12,905 bases of DNA from Deltaproteobacteria bacterium (GCA_034670305.1 JAXMNT010000094.1:1-12905); one strand, 5' to 3'; counted from the first letter of the stretch, positions 1 through 7,357 are shown. Notes: generated by a model not told the origin, from the letters alone. Numbers and translations are program-made.

Positions 1-51
1 GAGCAGGTCGTCGCGATGCTCGTCGCGCTGATCAAGCGATCTGACCGCTGA
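1..51 (+). CDS. 3' end of a CDS truncated by the window edge; probable four-helix-bundle protein (TIGR02436 / 23S rRNA-IVP / bAvd-like family)
   Basis: Frame 1 reads EQVVAMLVALIKRSDR* (TGA 49-51) with mostly GC-ending codons. It is an amphipathic helix resembling the '...ERIVAMLTKLI' C-terminus I recall for this family, and is followed by a hexamer tract. Only 16 aa are visible. Confidence 0.5.
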   Translation, partial: EQVVAMLVALIKRSDR

Positions 52-56
52 TCCGC

Positions 57-131
57 GGGCAAGGGCAAAGGCAAGGGCAGGGGCAAGGGGCAGGCTGCGA
101 GAACGCCCTGCGGGCGTTCTTCAGCACCTAG
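57..131 (-). repeat. Composite hexamer-tract/hairpin element, copy A
   Basis: About 5-6 degenerate AAGGGC units at 57-95; perfect 9-bp stem AGAACGCCC-tgc-GGGCGTTCT at 100-120; TCAGCACCTAG at 121-131. The minus strand reads CTAG-GTGCTGAAGAACGCCC...-(CCCTTG)n. Confidence 0.85.
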
Positions 132-171
132 GCTGGACGCGGGATCGTGCGCGTGAGACACCGTCTCACCG

Positions 172-930
172 ATGCGCGGCAGCCAACTCAAGCAGACCTG
201 CTTTCCGACCGGCCGACACTACCCGGGCATCGCGGACCTCATCGCCCAAGCCATCCGGAACATTCCGGGCCTCTGCGAAGAGTTCGAGCCCAGTCGCAAC
301 TGGACGGACCTCCCGCTCGTCGTCATCGACTTCGAGACCACCGGCACCGACCCGGAGACGGACCGCGTGCTCGAGATCGGCATGGTCGGCTTCGACGGAA
401 CCCGGAAGGTCGCGTTCCGGGAAGGGCTGCTCGTCGACCCCCAGATCCCAGTCCCCGAAGACGCGCGCAAAGTGCACGGCATCTCGGACGAAGAGCTCGC
501 GGGCGCACCCACCTTCGCCGAAGTGCTTCCCACGGTATTGCAGCGGCTCGAAGGCCGACTGCCGGTGGCGTACAACGCGGCGTTCGACCGCGGGTTCCTC
601 CACGCCGAAGTGGCGCGTCTCTCGGGGCAGGTGACCGAAGGGCTCTTGCCGCCCGCGCTGCGTCCGGAGGTCGTCTGGCTCGACCCGCTGGTCTGGGCCC
701 GGGAGATCCTCAAGGACCAGAAGAGCCGCAAGCTCACCGAGGTCGCGGCCCACTTCGGCATCCCGCTCGAGCAAGCACACCGCGCCGCCGGAGACGCCGA
801 AGCGACGGGGCATGTGCTCGCCGCATTGGCCCCCAACATGCCGGGACCCTACGGTGAGATCGTGCGACTGCAGGGCCGGTACGGCGCCTTCCAGGAAGCC
901 GAACTCATGCAGTGGAAGCGCTTCCAATAA
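172..930 (+). CDS. DEDDh 3'-5' exonuclease (DnaQ / Pol III epsilon-like)
   Basis: ExoI VIDFETTG, VHGI, ExoII AYNAAFD, ExoIII HRAAGDA; 252 aa. Confidence 0.92.
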   Translation: MRGSQLKQTCFPTGRHYPGIADLIAQAIRNIPGLCEEFEPSRNWTDLPLVVIDFETTGTDPETDRVLEIGMVGFDGTRKVAFREGLLVDPQIPVPEDARKVHGISDEELAGAPTFAEVLPTVLQRLEGRLPVAYNAAFDRGFLHAEVARLSGQVTEGLLPPALRPEVVWLDPLVWAREILKDQKSRKLTEVAAHFGIPLEQAHRAAGDAEATGHVLAALAPNMPGPYGEIVRLQGRYGAFQEAELMQWKRFQ

Positions 931-932
931 AC

Positions 933-991
933 GTCGTCAAGCTTCGTCAAGCTTCGTCGGTTTCGTCGGCTTCGTCGGCTTCGTCGGCTTC
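933..991. repeat. 9/10-bp tandem repeat (GCTTCGTCG / GCTTCGTCAA) spanning the phoR stop codon
   Basis: cgtcaa gcttcgtcaa gcttcgtcg gtttcgtcg gcttcgtcg gcttcgtcg gcttc; encodes the PhoR tail EADEADEADETDEA* on the minus strand. Confidence 0.9.
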
Positions 992-2719
992 GGTCGCGTC
1001 CGGTGACGCGCGCAGACGGATCGTGAACGTGACGCCTTTGCCCGGCGGACTCTTGACGGAGATCGCGGCGCCCATGCCGGTGCACAGGTGTTTGACGATC
1101 GCGAGGCCGAGCCCGGTGCCGCCGACCTCTCTCGAGCGTCCGGTGTCGACGCGGTAGAACCGCTCGAAGATGCGCGTGAGGTGTTTGGGGTCGATCCCCG
1201 GTCCGGTGTTGTGGACTTCGACGACGATCGCTTCGCCTTGGCCCGGCACCTGCGCGACCGCATCCAAGCCGAAGCCGGAGACCCGCTTGGCGCGGACCGT
1301 CACCGTCGCGTCGGCGGGGGAGTACTTGAGCGCGTTGTCGATGAGGTTCACCAACACCTGATCGAGCGAGCGCGGGTTGGCCATCGCGAACAGGCCCTCG
1401 GACAGATCGAGCGCGAGGCGCGTCTCTTGGGACTCCGCCAGTTTCGCGAGTCCTTGGATCGCTTCGCGGGCAACGCGCGCCACATCGACCGAGGTCAGGT
1501 CCGAGGGCGAGCCCACCGCTTCGGCGCGGGCCAACGCGGTCAGATCGTCGGCCAACGCTTGCAGTCGGAGTGCGTGTTTGAGGATGACCTCCACGAACCT
1601 CTGGGCCGCTTCGCGGTCGTCGAGCGCGCCGTCCCGAAGCGTCTCGGCAAAGCCGCGAATGGCCGTCAGCGGGGTGCGCAACTCGTGGCTGGCGTTGGCC
1701 ACGAAGTCGCGCCGGATGCGCGCGGCTTCGGCGAGCTGCGTCAGGTCGTGCAACACCGCGACCACGCCCGCCTGGTCTGGCAAGGACGCGAGCACCGCAC
1801 GCAGCGTCCGCCGGCCCTGTTCGGAAGAGATCTGCAGTTCCACTTCCTGCGCCTTGCCGCGCCGCGCCACCCGCACCGCTTCGTGCAGCGCTTCGCTCCC
1901 GAGCGCTTCCAGCGGCGTGCGGCCGACGCTGTCCCCGCCCACGAGTGCATCGAGCGCGAAGTTGGTCTGTTCGATGCGGCCGAGCGAGTCGGTGACGAAG
2001 ACGGCTTCCACCATCGAGTTGAGCACCGTGCGCAGACGATCCTGCTCGGAACGCAGGCGCCCAATCCGCTCTGCCAGCTGGTCTGCCATTCGATCGAGCG
2101 CCCGACCGATGGCCCCGAGTTCGTCGTCCCGCTCCGACATCGCACGCGCGGTCAGATCCCCGCGCGCGAGCGCATCGGCGACCTCCGTCAGCTCACGCGC
2201 CGGCTCGACCAGCGCGCGCCCGAGCACGATCGTCAGCGAGATCGCCACGAGCAAGGCCATCGCCCCGCCGATGACCAGGAGCTCGCGCACCGTGGCGTGC
2301 ACACGCTGCAGGTCCGCCTGCTGCCGCCACGCGCGCACGACCACCCCATCGCGGACGCCGATGAGCATGTGGCCGTCGCCTTCGGGCTCGACCCGTCCAG
2401 ATGGCTCCTCGTCGAAACGTTCTTCGTGCAAGCGGTCCGGGCGACTGGAGTCGGCGCGGAGCATGCCCGACTGGTAGACCTTGATCGAGACCCCCAGTTC
2501 GGCGGCGGTCGCGAACGCCGCTTCGCGGGCGTCGGCCCCGCCTTCCATTCTCTCGTGAACCGTGTCGATGGCATCGTTGAGCGACTCGCTCGCGAGTTCG
2601 GTGAGGCGGTGTTGGACCAGTGGCTCCTCGAGCAACATCACGGCGAGGATGAGCGCACCGATCGCCGTGCCGATCGCCGCGACGAGGGTCCGCCGGAGCC
2701 CGCCGATGCCACGCCTCAT
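947..2719 (-). CDS. phoR: Sensor histidine kinase, PhoR-like (2 TM, HAMP, PAS, HisKA, HATPase)
   Basis: H-box RRDFVANASHELRTPLTAIRGFAETL, N-box NLIDNALKYS, NTGPGI, IFERFYRVD..RSREVGGTGLGLAIVKH, HAMP ...DDELGAIGRALDRMADQL. Downstream of a PhoB-like regulator. ATG 2719 is preferred over GTG 2755. Confidence 0.85.
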   Translation of the reverse strand: MRRGIGGLRRTLVAAIGTAIGALILAVMLLEEPLVQHRLTELASESLNDAIDTVHERMEGGADAREAAFATAAELGVSIKVYQSGMLRADSSRPDRLHEERFDEEPSGRVEPEGDGHMLIGVRDGVVVRAWRQQADLQRVHATVRELLVIGGAMALLVAISLTIVLGRALVEPARELTEVADALARGDLTARAMSERDDELGAIGRALDRMADQLAERIGRLRSEQDRLRTVLNSMVEAVFVTDSLGRIEQTNFALDALVGGDSVGRTPLEALGSEALHEAVRVARRGKAQEVELQISSEQGRRTLRAVLASLPDQAGVVAVLHDLTQLAEAARIRRDFVANASHELRTPLTAIRGFAETLRDGALDDREAAQRFVEVILKHALRLQALADDLTALARAEAVGSPSDLTSVDVARVAREAIQGLAKLAESQETRLALDLSEGLFAMANPRSLDQVLVNLIDNALKYSPADATVTVRAKRVSGFGLDAVAQVPGQGEAIVVEVHNTGPGIDPKHLTRIFERFYRVDTGRSREVGGTGLGLAIVKHLCTGMGAAISVKSPPGKGVTFTIRLRASPDATEADEADEADETDEA

Positions 2720-2858
2720 GCCGCGATCATGATTCACTGGATCCCATGGTGCCACGGCCGAGGCTTCTCACGTCCGGACGTCCGGTGACGCGGCCGCGCA
2801 GCGCCCGAGGGCTACCCAACAACAGGCAAGGGCAGGAGTCGAGCGCGATGGGGTGTGC

Positions 2859-3542
2859 TCAGTCCGCGATGCGGTAGCCGACGCCGCGGACGGTCTCCAC
2901 GTAACGCGCGCCGGTGCCGAGTTTCTCTCGGAGTCGTTTGACGTGGGTGTCGACGGTGCGGGTCTCGATGCCGGGCGCATAGCCCCACACGCGCTCGAGC
3001 AGCGCCCCGCGGGACTGCACCCGGCCACGGCGTTTGGCCAGATCGAGCAAGAGCCGGAACTCGAGCGCGGTCAGCGGGATCTCCTCGCCGCCGACTTCGA
3101 CCCGGTGCGCCGGCACGTCGATCATCATGTCGCCCACCATGATCGCCTGCGGACCGTCCGAATCGACCTGACCCACCCGCCTCAGGATCGCGTCGATCCG
3201 CAGAAGCAGTTCACGCGGCGAGAACGGTTTGGTCACGTAGTCGTCCGCGCCGACCTCGAAACCCACCACGCGATCGACCTCTTCGCCTTTGGCGGTCAGC
3301 ATCACGACCGGGAGGCGGATCGTGTCGGGATCGCGCCGGAGCCGACGGCAGACCTCGAGACCCGTGATGTCTGGGAGCATGACATCGAGCACAACCAGAT
3401 CGGGGCGCTGCCGGCGGATCTCGGCGAGCGCGGTGGCGCCGGTGCCGGCCGTGGTGACGGCGTGTCCAGCCTGCTTGAGGTTGAACGCGACCAGCTCGGC
3501 CAGGTCGCTCTCGTCTTCGACCACAAGTATGCGTGAGCCCAT
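2859..3542 (-). CDS. phoB: OmpR/PhoB-family response regulator
   Basis: ILVVEDE, LVVLDVMLP (phospho-Asp), MLTAKGEEVDRVVGFEVGADDYVTKPFSPREL, winged helix TRTVDTHVKRLREKLG...TVRGVGY. ATG at 3542 gives 227 aa. Confidence 0.88.
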   Translation of the reverse strand: MGSRILVVEDESDLAELVAFNLKQAGHAVTTAGTGATALAEIRRQRPDLVVLDVMLPDITGLEVCRRLRRDPDTIRLPVVMLTAKGEEVDRVVGFEVGADDYVTKPFSPRELLLRIDAILRRVGQVDSDGPQAIMVGDMMIDVPAHRVEVGGEEIPLTALEFRLLLDLAKRRGRVQSRGALLERVWGYAPGIETRTVDTHVKRLREKLGTGARYVETVRGVGYRIAD

Positions 3543-3606
3543 CTGAGCCGAACCTGTCTGTGAGAAGCAACGTTCGTGTGACGCCGCCGTTGCGTCGCCG
3601 CAACGC

Positions 3607-3615
3607 TGTATAGCA
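3607..3615 (-). promoter_or_regulatory. Candidate extended -10 element for phoBR (TGcTATACA)
   Basis: Minus strand TG-c-TATACA about 65 bp upstream of the phoB ATG. It is an AT-rich spot in a GC-rich spacer; no clear -35. Confidence 0.4.
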
Positions 3616-3694
3616 CGCGGGTTAACCGGGGCACGGAGTGCTCGGCCCCAGCCGACCAAGACTCAGCGTTCCCCTGTTCAACACGACCACAACG

Positions 3695-3781
3695 AAGGGC
3701 AAGGGCAGGGGCAAGGGCAAGGGCAAGGGCAAGGGCAAGGGCAACGTGTTGCGGGGCGCTTTCAGCGCCCGCTACACGTTG
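3695..3781 (-). repeat. Composite hexamer-tract/hairpin element, copy B (overlaps the ychF stop)
   Basis: 8 AAGGGC units at 3695-3742 (one is AGGGGC); imperfect hairpin CAACGTGT-T-GCGGGGCGCT-ttc-AGCGCCCGC-T-ACACGTTG at 3742-3781. The minus strand reads TAG-CGGGCGCTGAAAGCGCCCCGC...-(CCCTTG)n. Confidence 0.92.
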
Positions 3782-4878
3782 AAGCGGAAGTGCATGATGT
3801 CGCCGTCCTGCACGACGTATTCTTTGCCTTCGAGTTTCATCTTGCCGGCGGCTTTGACCGCTTGTTCGCTCTTGAGGGCGAGCATGTCTTCGCTGGCGAT
3901 GACCTCCGCGCGGATGAAGCCGCGCTCGAAGTCCGTGTGGATCTTGCCGGCGGCGCCGGGCGCTTTGGTGCCGCGGGTGATGGTCCACGCATGCACTTCG
4001 GGTTCGCCACACGTGAAGTACGTGATGAGGTCGAGCATGTCGTAGCCGGTCCGGATCACCGAATGCAGCCCCGGCTCTTCGAGGCCGAGTGACTCGAGGA
4101 ACTCGCCCCGGTCCTCGACCGGCAGCTGCATGATCTCGGCCTCGATGGCCGCGCTGATCACCACGCAGGGCGCGCCGCGGGACTCCGCGATCGCGCGCAC
4201 CTTGGCAACGAGCGGGTCCGTGTCCGCCGAACCGATCTGATCTTCTTTGACGTTGCAGACGTAGAACATCGGCTTGCGGGTGATGAGGAAGAGGTCGTGC
4301 ACGACGCGCGCTTCTTCTTCGGTCGGCGGCTCGTACTGCCGGGCGGGCAACCCCTCGTCGAGGAGCGCGGCGATCGCTTGGCAGACCTCGGCGATCTTCG
4401 CTTCGGGTTTGTTCGCGCCGCTCTTGGACGCCTTGAGCGCCTTGTCGAGGCGCTTCTGAACCGTCTCGAGATCCTTGAGCGCGAGCTCCGTCTCGATCGT
4501 CGCGATGTCCGATTCGGGATCGACCTTGTTGTCGACATGCAGAATGTTGTCGTCTTCAAAGCAGCGCACGACGTGTGCGATCGCGTCCGCGTCGCGGATG
4601 TGGCTCAGGAACGCGTTGCCCTTGCCTTCCCCCTTCGACGCGCCGCGGACCAGGCCCGCGATGTCGACGAAGTCCACCGTCGCGGCGACCACCTTCTTGG
4701 GGGAGAACAACTCGACCAGCGCATCGAAGCGGGGGTCCGGGATCGGGACCACCCCGACGTTCGGGTCGATGGTGCAGAACGCGTAGTTCGCGGCCTCCGC
4801 CTGTTTGCTGGAGAGCGAGTTGAAGAGGGTGGATTTCCCGACGTTCGGGAGCCCCACGATGCCGACAGCGAGTCCCAT
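3772..4878 (-). CDS. ychF: Redox-regulated ribosome-binding ATPase YchF (Obg family)
   Basis: GIVGLPNVGKSTLFN, ANYAFCTIDPNVG, FVDIAGLVRGASKGEG.GN.FL, TGS domain AAGKIHTDFERGFIRAEV...EGKEYVVQDGDIMHFRFNV. ATG 4878 gives 368 aa. Confidence 0.97.
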   Translation of the reverse strand: MGLAVGIVGLPNVGKSTLFNSLSSKQAEAANYAFCTIDPNVGVVPIPDPRFDALVELFSPKKVVAATVDFVDIAGLVRGASKGEGKGNAFLSHIRDADAIAHVVRCFEDDNILHVDNKVDPESDIATIETELALKDLETVQKRLDKALKASKSGANKPEAKIAEVCQAIAALLDEGLPARQYEPPTEEEARVVHDLFLITRKPMFYVCNVKEDQIGSADTDPLVAKVRAIAESRGAPCVVISAAIEAEIMQLPVEDRGEFLESLGLEEPGLHSVIRTGYDMLDLITYFTCGEPEVHAWTITRGTKAPGAAGKIHTDFERGFIRAEVIASEDMLALKSEQAVKAAGKMKLEGKEYVVQDGDIMHFRFNV

Positions 4879-4924
4879 GACGCGCCGGGTACCACGCCGA
4901 AGGGCACCGCGCGATGCGATATTC

Positions 4925-5017
4925 TTGGGGGCACAGCCCCCAAACCCCGTCCGTGACACGGCTTGCTCGCTTCGCTCAGCTTCGCCGCGTCGGATATTGC
5001 TGGTCTCTCGCGGGGTT
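4925..5017. repeat. REP-like structured intergenic element
   Basis: 8-bp stem TTGGGGGC-aca-GCCCCCAA (4925-4943) followed by ACCCC; AACCCCG (4943-4949) pairs with CGGGGTT (5011-5017); imperfect inner stem 4950-4962/4984-4994 encloses CTCGCTTCGCTC. Confidence 0.65.
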
Positions 5018-5019
5018 CC

Positions 5020-6189
5020 TCAGCGGAGGAGCACGCGGACCAGGGTGGCGCGGTGGACTGCGCGCGGGGGCGGGGTGGCGTCGATCGCGACCAGCTCGTC
5101 CACGTCGCTGCGCGGCAACCAGTAGAGCAACATCGCGGCGGGGGCGCGGGGGCCGAAGAGCGATTCGCGCCAGCCCTCTTCGAACGCGGCGGCTTCGGGC
5201 GCCGTCAACCCGTGGGCGATCAGATCCTCGCGAAGCGCTCGTTGTCCATCCTCGCCGGACAGCTCGGTCTCGGGGAACGGTACGGTCACCCGGCCGCCGG
5301 GCGCCGGCCAGTCGATCCGCTCTGCCAAGATCGGAGACGGAACCACCAGTCCGCCGCGCCCTGCACCACCACTGCGTCCACGCAGCCCTAGGCCGTAGCG
5401 TTGGTAGCCCCGCGCCACGAACCAGATCGAACCAACCGTCGAATCGGTCGACCCTGCCTTGCGCTCGAGTTCGAGGTCGGCGCGGTAGCCGGCATGGGTC
5501 GTCTCGAGGGGCAGTTCGAGCGGTGGGGGCGGGTTGCCGTTCGGGTCCGGCGTCGGGGCGCTCCGGTAGAAGAGCAGGTGCTGTCGCGCGTCGCTTACCC
5601 CGAGACACGCGGACTCCGGGTTTTCGAAGGCCGCCAGCGAAGCCGCTTCGCACTGATGATCGAGGATGCCCACGCAGCCTGCCTCCGCGACCACCGGGTA
5701 GCGCCGCTCCGCTGGACACGCGCCGCGGGTGGCTTCCACGTGCCAGGAGATCGTCGACGCGGGCGACCGGTCGTCGCCGGGGCGCGGGAACCACTCGACG
5801 TGTTGCAGGCCCTGCAGGGCGCGAAGCTCGAGGTCGATCGTCGCCGCGTCGACTCCCTCGCCGAGATGCACGTAGAGGATCGGCAGGCCGTAGCCCACGC
5901 CGGCCGCGCCGAGCCCGCCCGTGGGACCGTGCAACGAGCCGGCCTGGTAACCGACGACCCCGCCGTCTGGGCCGACATCGAGCACGCCCCACTCGTGGAG
6001 GTCGTAGACGGGCGGAGGCGGCGGAGGGGGCTCCGGTGCGGTGACCGGCGCCTGCGCCGGCTCTTGCGTCTCGTTTCCACCACACCCGAACGCTGCCAGG
6101 AGCACCATGCCGATCACACTGCCGATCGCACTGCCGATCGGAATGCCGATCCGACGGCCGATCGCATTGCCGTTTCGCATGGAGTTCAT
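5020..6189 (-). CDS. Hypothetical lipoprotein with HEWG motif
   Basis: Hydrophobic segment ending in lipobox-like LAAFG|C (Cys codon 6084-6082), Pro-rich linker, then LHEWG, PILYVH, EWFP and C-terminal L.AHGLTAPEAAAFEEGWRESLF. Start is uncertain (ATG 6225, 6189 or 6180). Confidence 0.72.
   Translation of the reverse strand: MNSMRNGNAIGRRIGIPIGSAIGSVIGMVLLAAFGCGGNETQEPAQAPVTAPEPPPPPPPVYDLHEWGVLDVGPDGGVVGYQAGSLHGPTGGLGAAGVGYGLPILYVHLGEGVDAATIDLELRALQGLQHVEWFPRPGDDRSPASTISWHVEATRGACPAERRYPVVAEAGCVGILDHQCEAASLAAFENPESACLGVSDARQHLLFYRSAPTPDPNGNPPPPLELPLETTHAGYRADLELERKAGSTDSTVGSIWFVARGYQRYGLGLRGRSGGAGRGGLVVPSPILAERIDWPAPGGRVTVPFPETELSGEDGQRALREDLIAHGLTAPEAAAFEEGWRESLFGPRAPAAMLLYWLPRSDVDELVAIDATPPPRAVHRATLVRVLLR
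6108..6179. repeat. 12-bp degenerate tandem repeat (TGCCGATC-N4), about 6 units, within the lipoprotein signal region
   Basis: Units start at 6108, 6120, 6132, 6144, 6156 and 6168 (last degenerate); they encode (xxIG)n: AIGRRIGIPIGSAIGSVIG. Confidence 0.8.
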
Positions 6190-6231
6190 GCCTCTACTAC
6201 GTCTGAGCTCGGCGCGAGCTTCCATGAACCG

Positions 6232-7245
6232 TCAGGCGGCTTGGGGGGCATGGCCGCCGACGCCGAGTCCGAACACCCGCGACCGGAGCACACTGAGGTT
6301 GGTGATCGACACGCCGCGGTCGATGCCCTCGTCGATGTAGCGGTCGAGCAAGATCCGGGTCTGATCGCGCACCTTGGTGAAGTGGTAGCGCAGGTAGATC
6401 TCGACTTCGAACGGCAGCATCCCAGGCGCCAGGACGGTCGCGAGCTGGATCAACGATGCACCGAGCAGCCCCATCATCGCGGGCGGTTTGCTGCCGAGCT
6501 GGGCGGCGGTGACCTCACGCGCTTCCGCGGCCGCGTCCGCGGCGAGCTTCGCCCATTCGCGTTTGCGGAGACCCTTGAGTTTCCAGTCCGCGCCTTCGAG
6601 CGCGGCCATGAGCGGCATCAAGGTGGCGCTTCCGAACGCCATCATCGATCGGGCGTCGGGGTGGACCTTCGCGGGGCACTTGCCGGCTTTCAGCGCGGCG
6701 ACGACGCTCACCGCATCGGCGCCGGTGAAGGGCGAGGTCTGGAGCGTGAACGCCACCCCCGGTTCGTCGACCTCGTCTTCGACGAGCGGTGCTTGGTAGG
6801 CCACCATCGCGATGCCGCCTTGAACGATCTGCCGGGACGGCACGATCGGCGCGAGCAGGTCGGACACGTGGAGGCCAGGCTGGAACTGGACGAAGGTCGC
6901 GGTCCCAATGGAACGGAGCAGACGTTCGAGGCCGCGCTTCGCGCTGTTCTTCGCCGCCAGCGCCTTCTCCAGCGCGGAGGTCGAGATGCACAACCACACC
7001 TGGTCGTAGCTCGTGCCCGCCACTTGTTCCGGCGTCGTCAGGACCTCGCGCGGCACGAACCGCTCGACCGCGCGTCCGCGCGCGCTGGTCATCCGGTAGA
7101 GGGTGAGCCCGGCGCGACACTCCGCGACGTACTTGGGACGTACGTAGACGTCGACCTCGGCACCGCCCTTCTGGAGGTGCAGGCCATACACCTGACCGAC
7201 CGCGCCGGCGCCAATGATGAGGATGCGGGGGGCGCGCGGATGCAC
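6232..7245 (-). CDS. Ketopantoate reductase (PanE/ApbA)-like NAD(P)-binding protein, divergent
   Basis: N-terminal Rossmann motif ILIIGAGAVGQVYGLHLQKGG..V.VYVR, then YDQVWLCI and VQFQPG (cf. LQNG). Start is GTG 7245 (GAGG upstream) or ATG 7272. Confidence 0.7.
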   Translation of the reverse strand: MHPRAPRILIIGAGAVGQVYGLHLQKGGAEVDVYVRPKYVAECRAGLTLYRMTSARGRAVERFVPREVLTTPEQVAGTSYDQVWLCISTSALEKALAAKNSAKRGLERLLRSIGTATFVQFQPGLHVSDLLAPIVPSRQIVQGGIAMVAYQAPLVEDEVDEPGVAFTLQTSPFTGADAVSVVAALKAGKCPAKVHPDARSMMAFGSATLMPLMAALEGADWKLKGLRKREWAKLAADAAAEAREVTAAQLGSKPPAMMGLLGASLIQLATVLAPGMLPFEVEIYLRYHFTKVRDQTRILLDRYIDEGIDRGVSITNLSVLRSRVFGLGVGGHAPQAA

Positions 7246-7357
7246 GCGGCCTCTGCGTTCGAGTTCACGCATGACGGGAAACTTCCGTGCGCCAGCGGCG
7301 CGGTGCGGTCGTGGGGAGTCGTCGGGGGATCATCGAGGAGCGGGTTCGTACCGCGGT

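Noticed and set aside
1-930. Diversity-generating retroelement (Avd-like gene nearby)
   Set aside because: No reverse transcriptase and no TR/VR pair with adenine-specific mismatches is visible in the window.
1088-2788. Long opposite-strand or alternative-frame ORFs (e.g. 1088-2788 +, 5401-7440 +, 7214-8818 +, 9605-11272 -, 166-927 -)
   Set aside because: Shadow ORFs of well-supported genes, expected in high-GC DNA. They have no recognisable motifs and are Arg/Gly/His-biased.
997-2792. Exact 14-bp direct repeat CGTCCGGTGACGCG at 997-1010 and 2779-2792, bracketing phoR
   Set aside because: A rough estimate for a 13-kb window of about 70% GC gives on the order of one or a few such matches by chance. 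One copy is inside the CDS and there is no mobility gene.
3638-4045. ORF containing a (GK)n run
   Set aside because: It is just the translation of the hexamer tract, and the rest is antisense to ychF.
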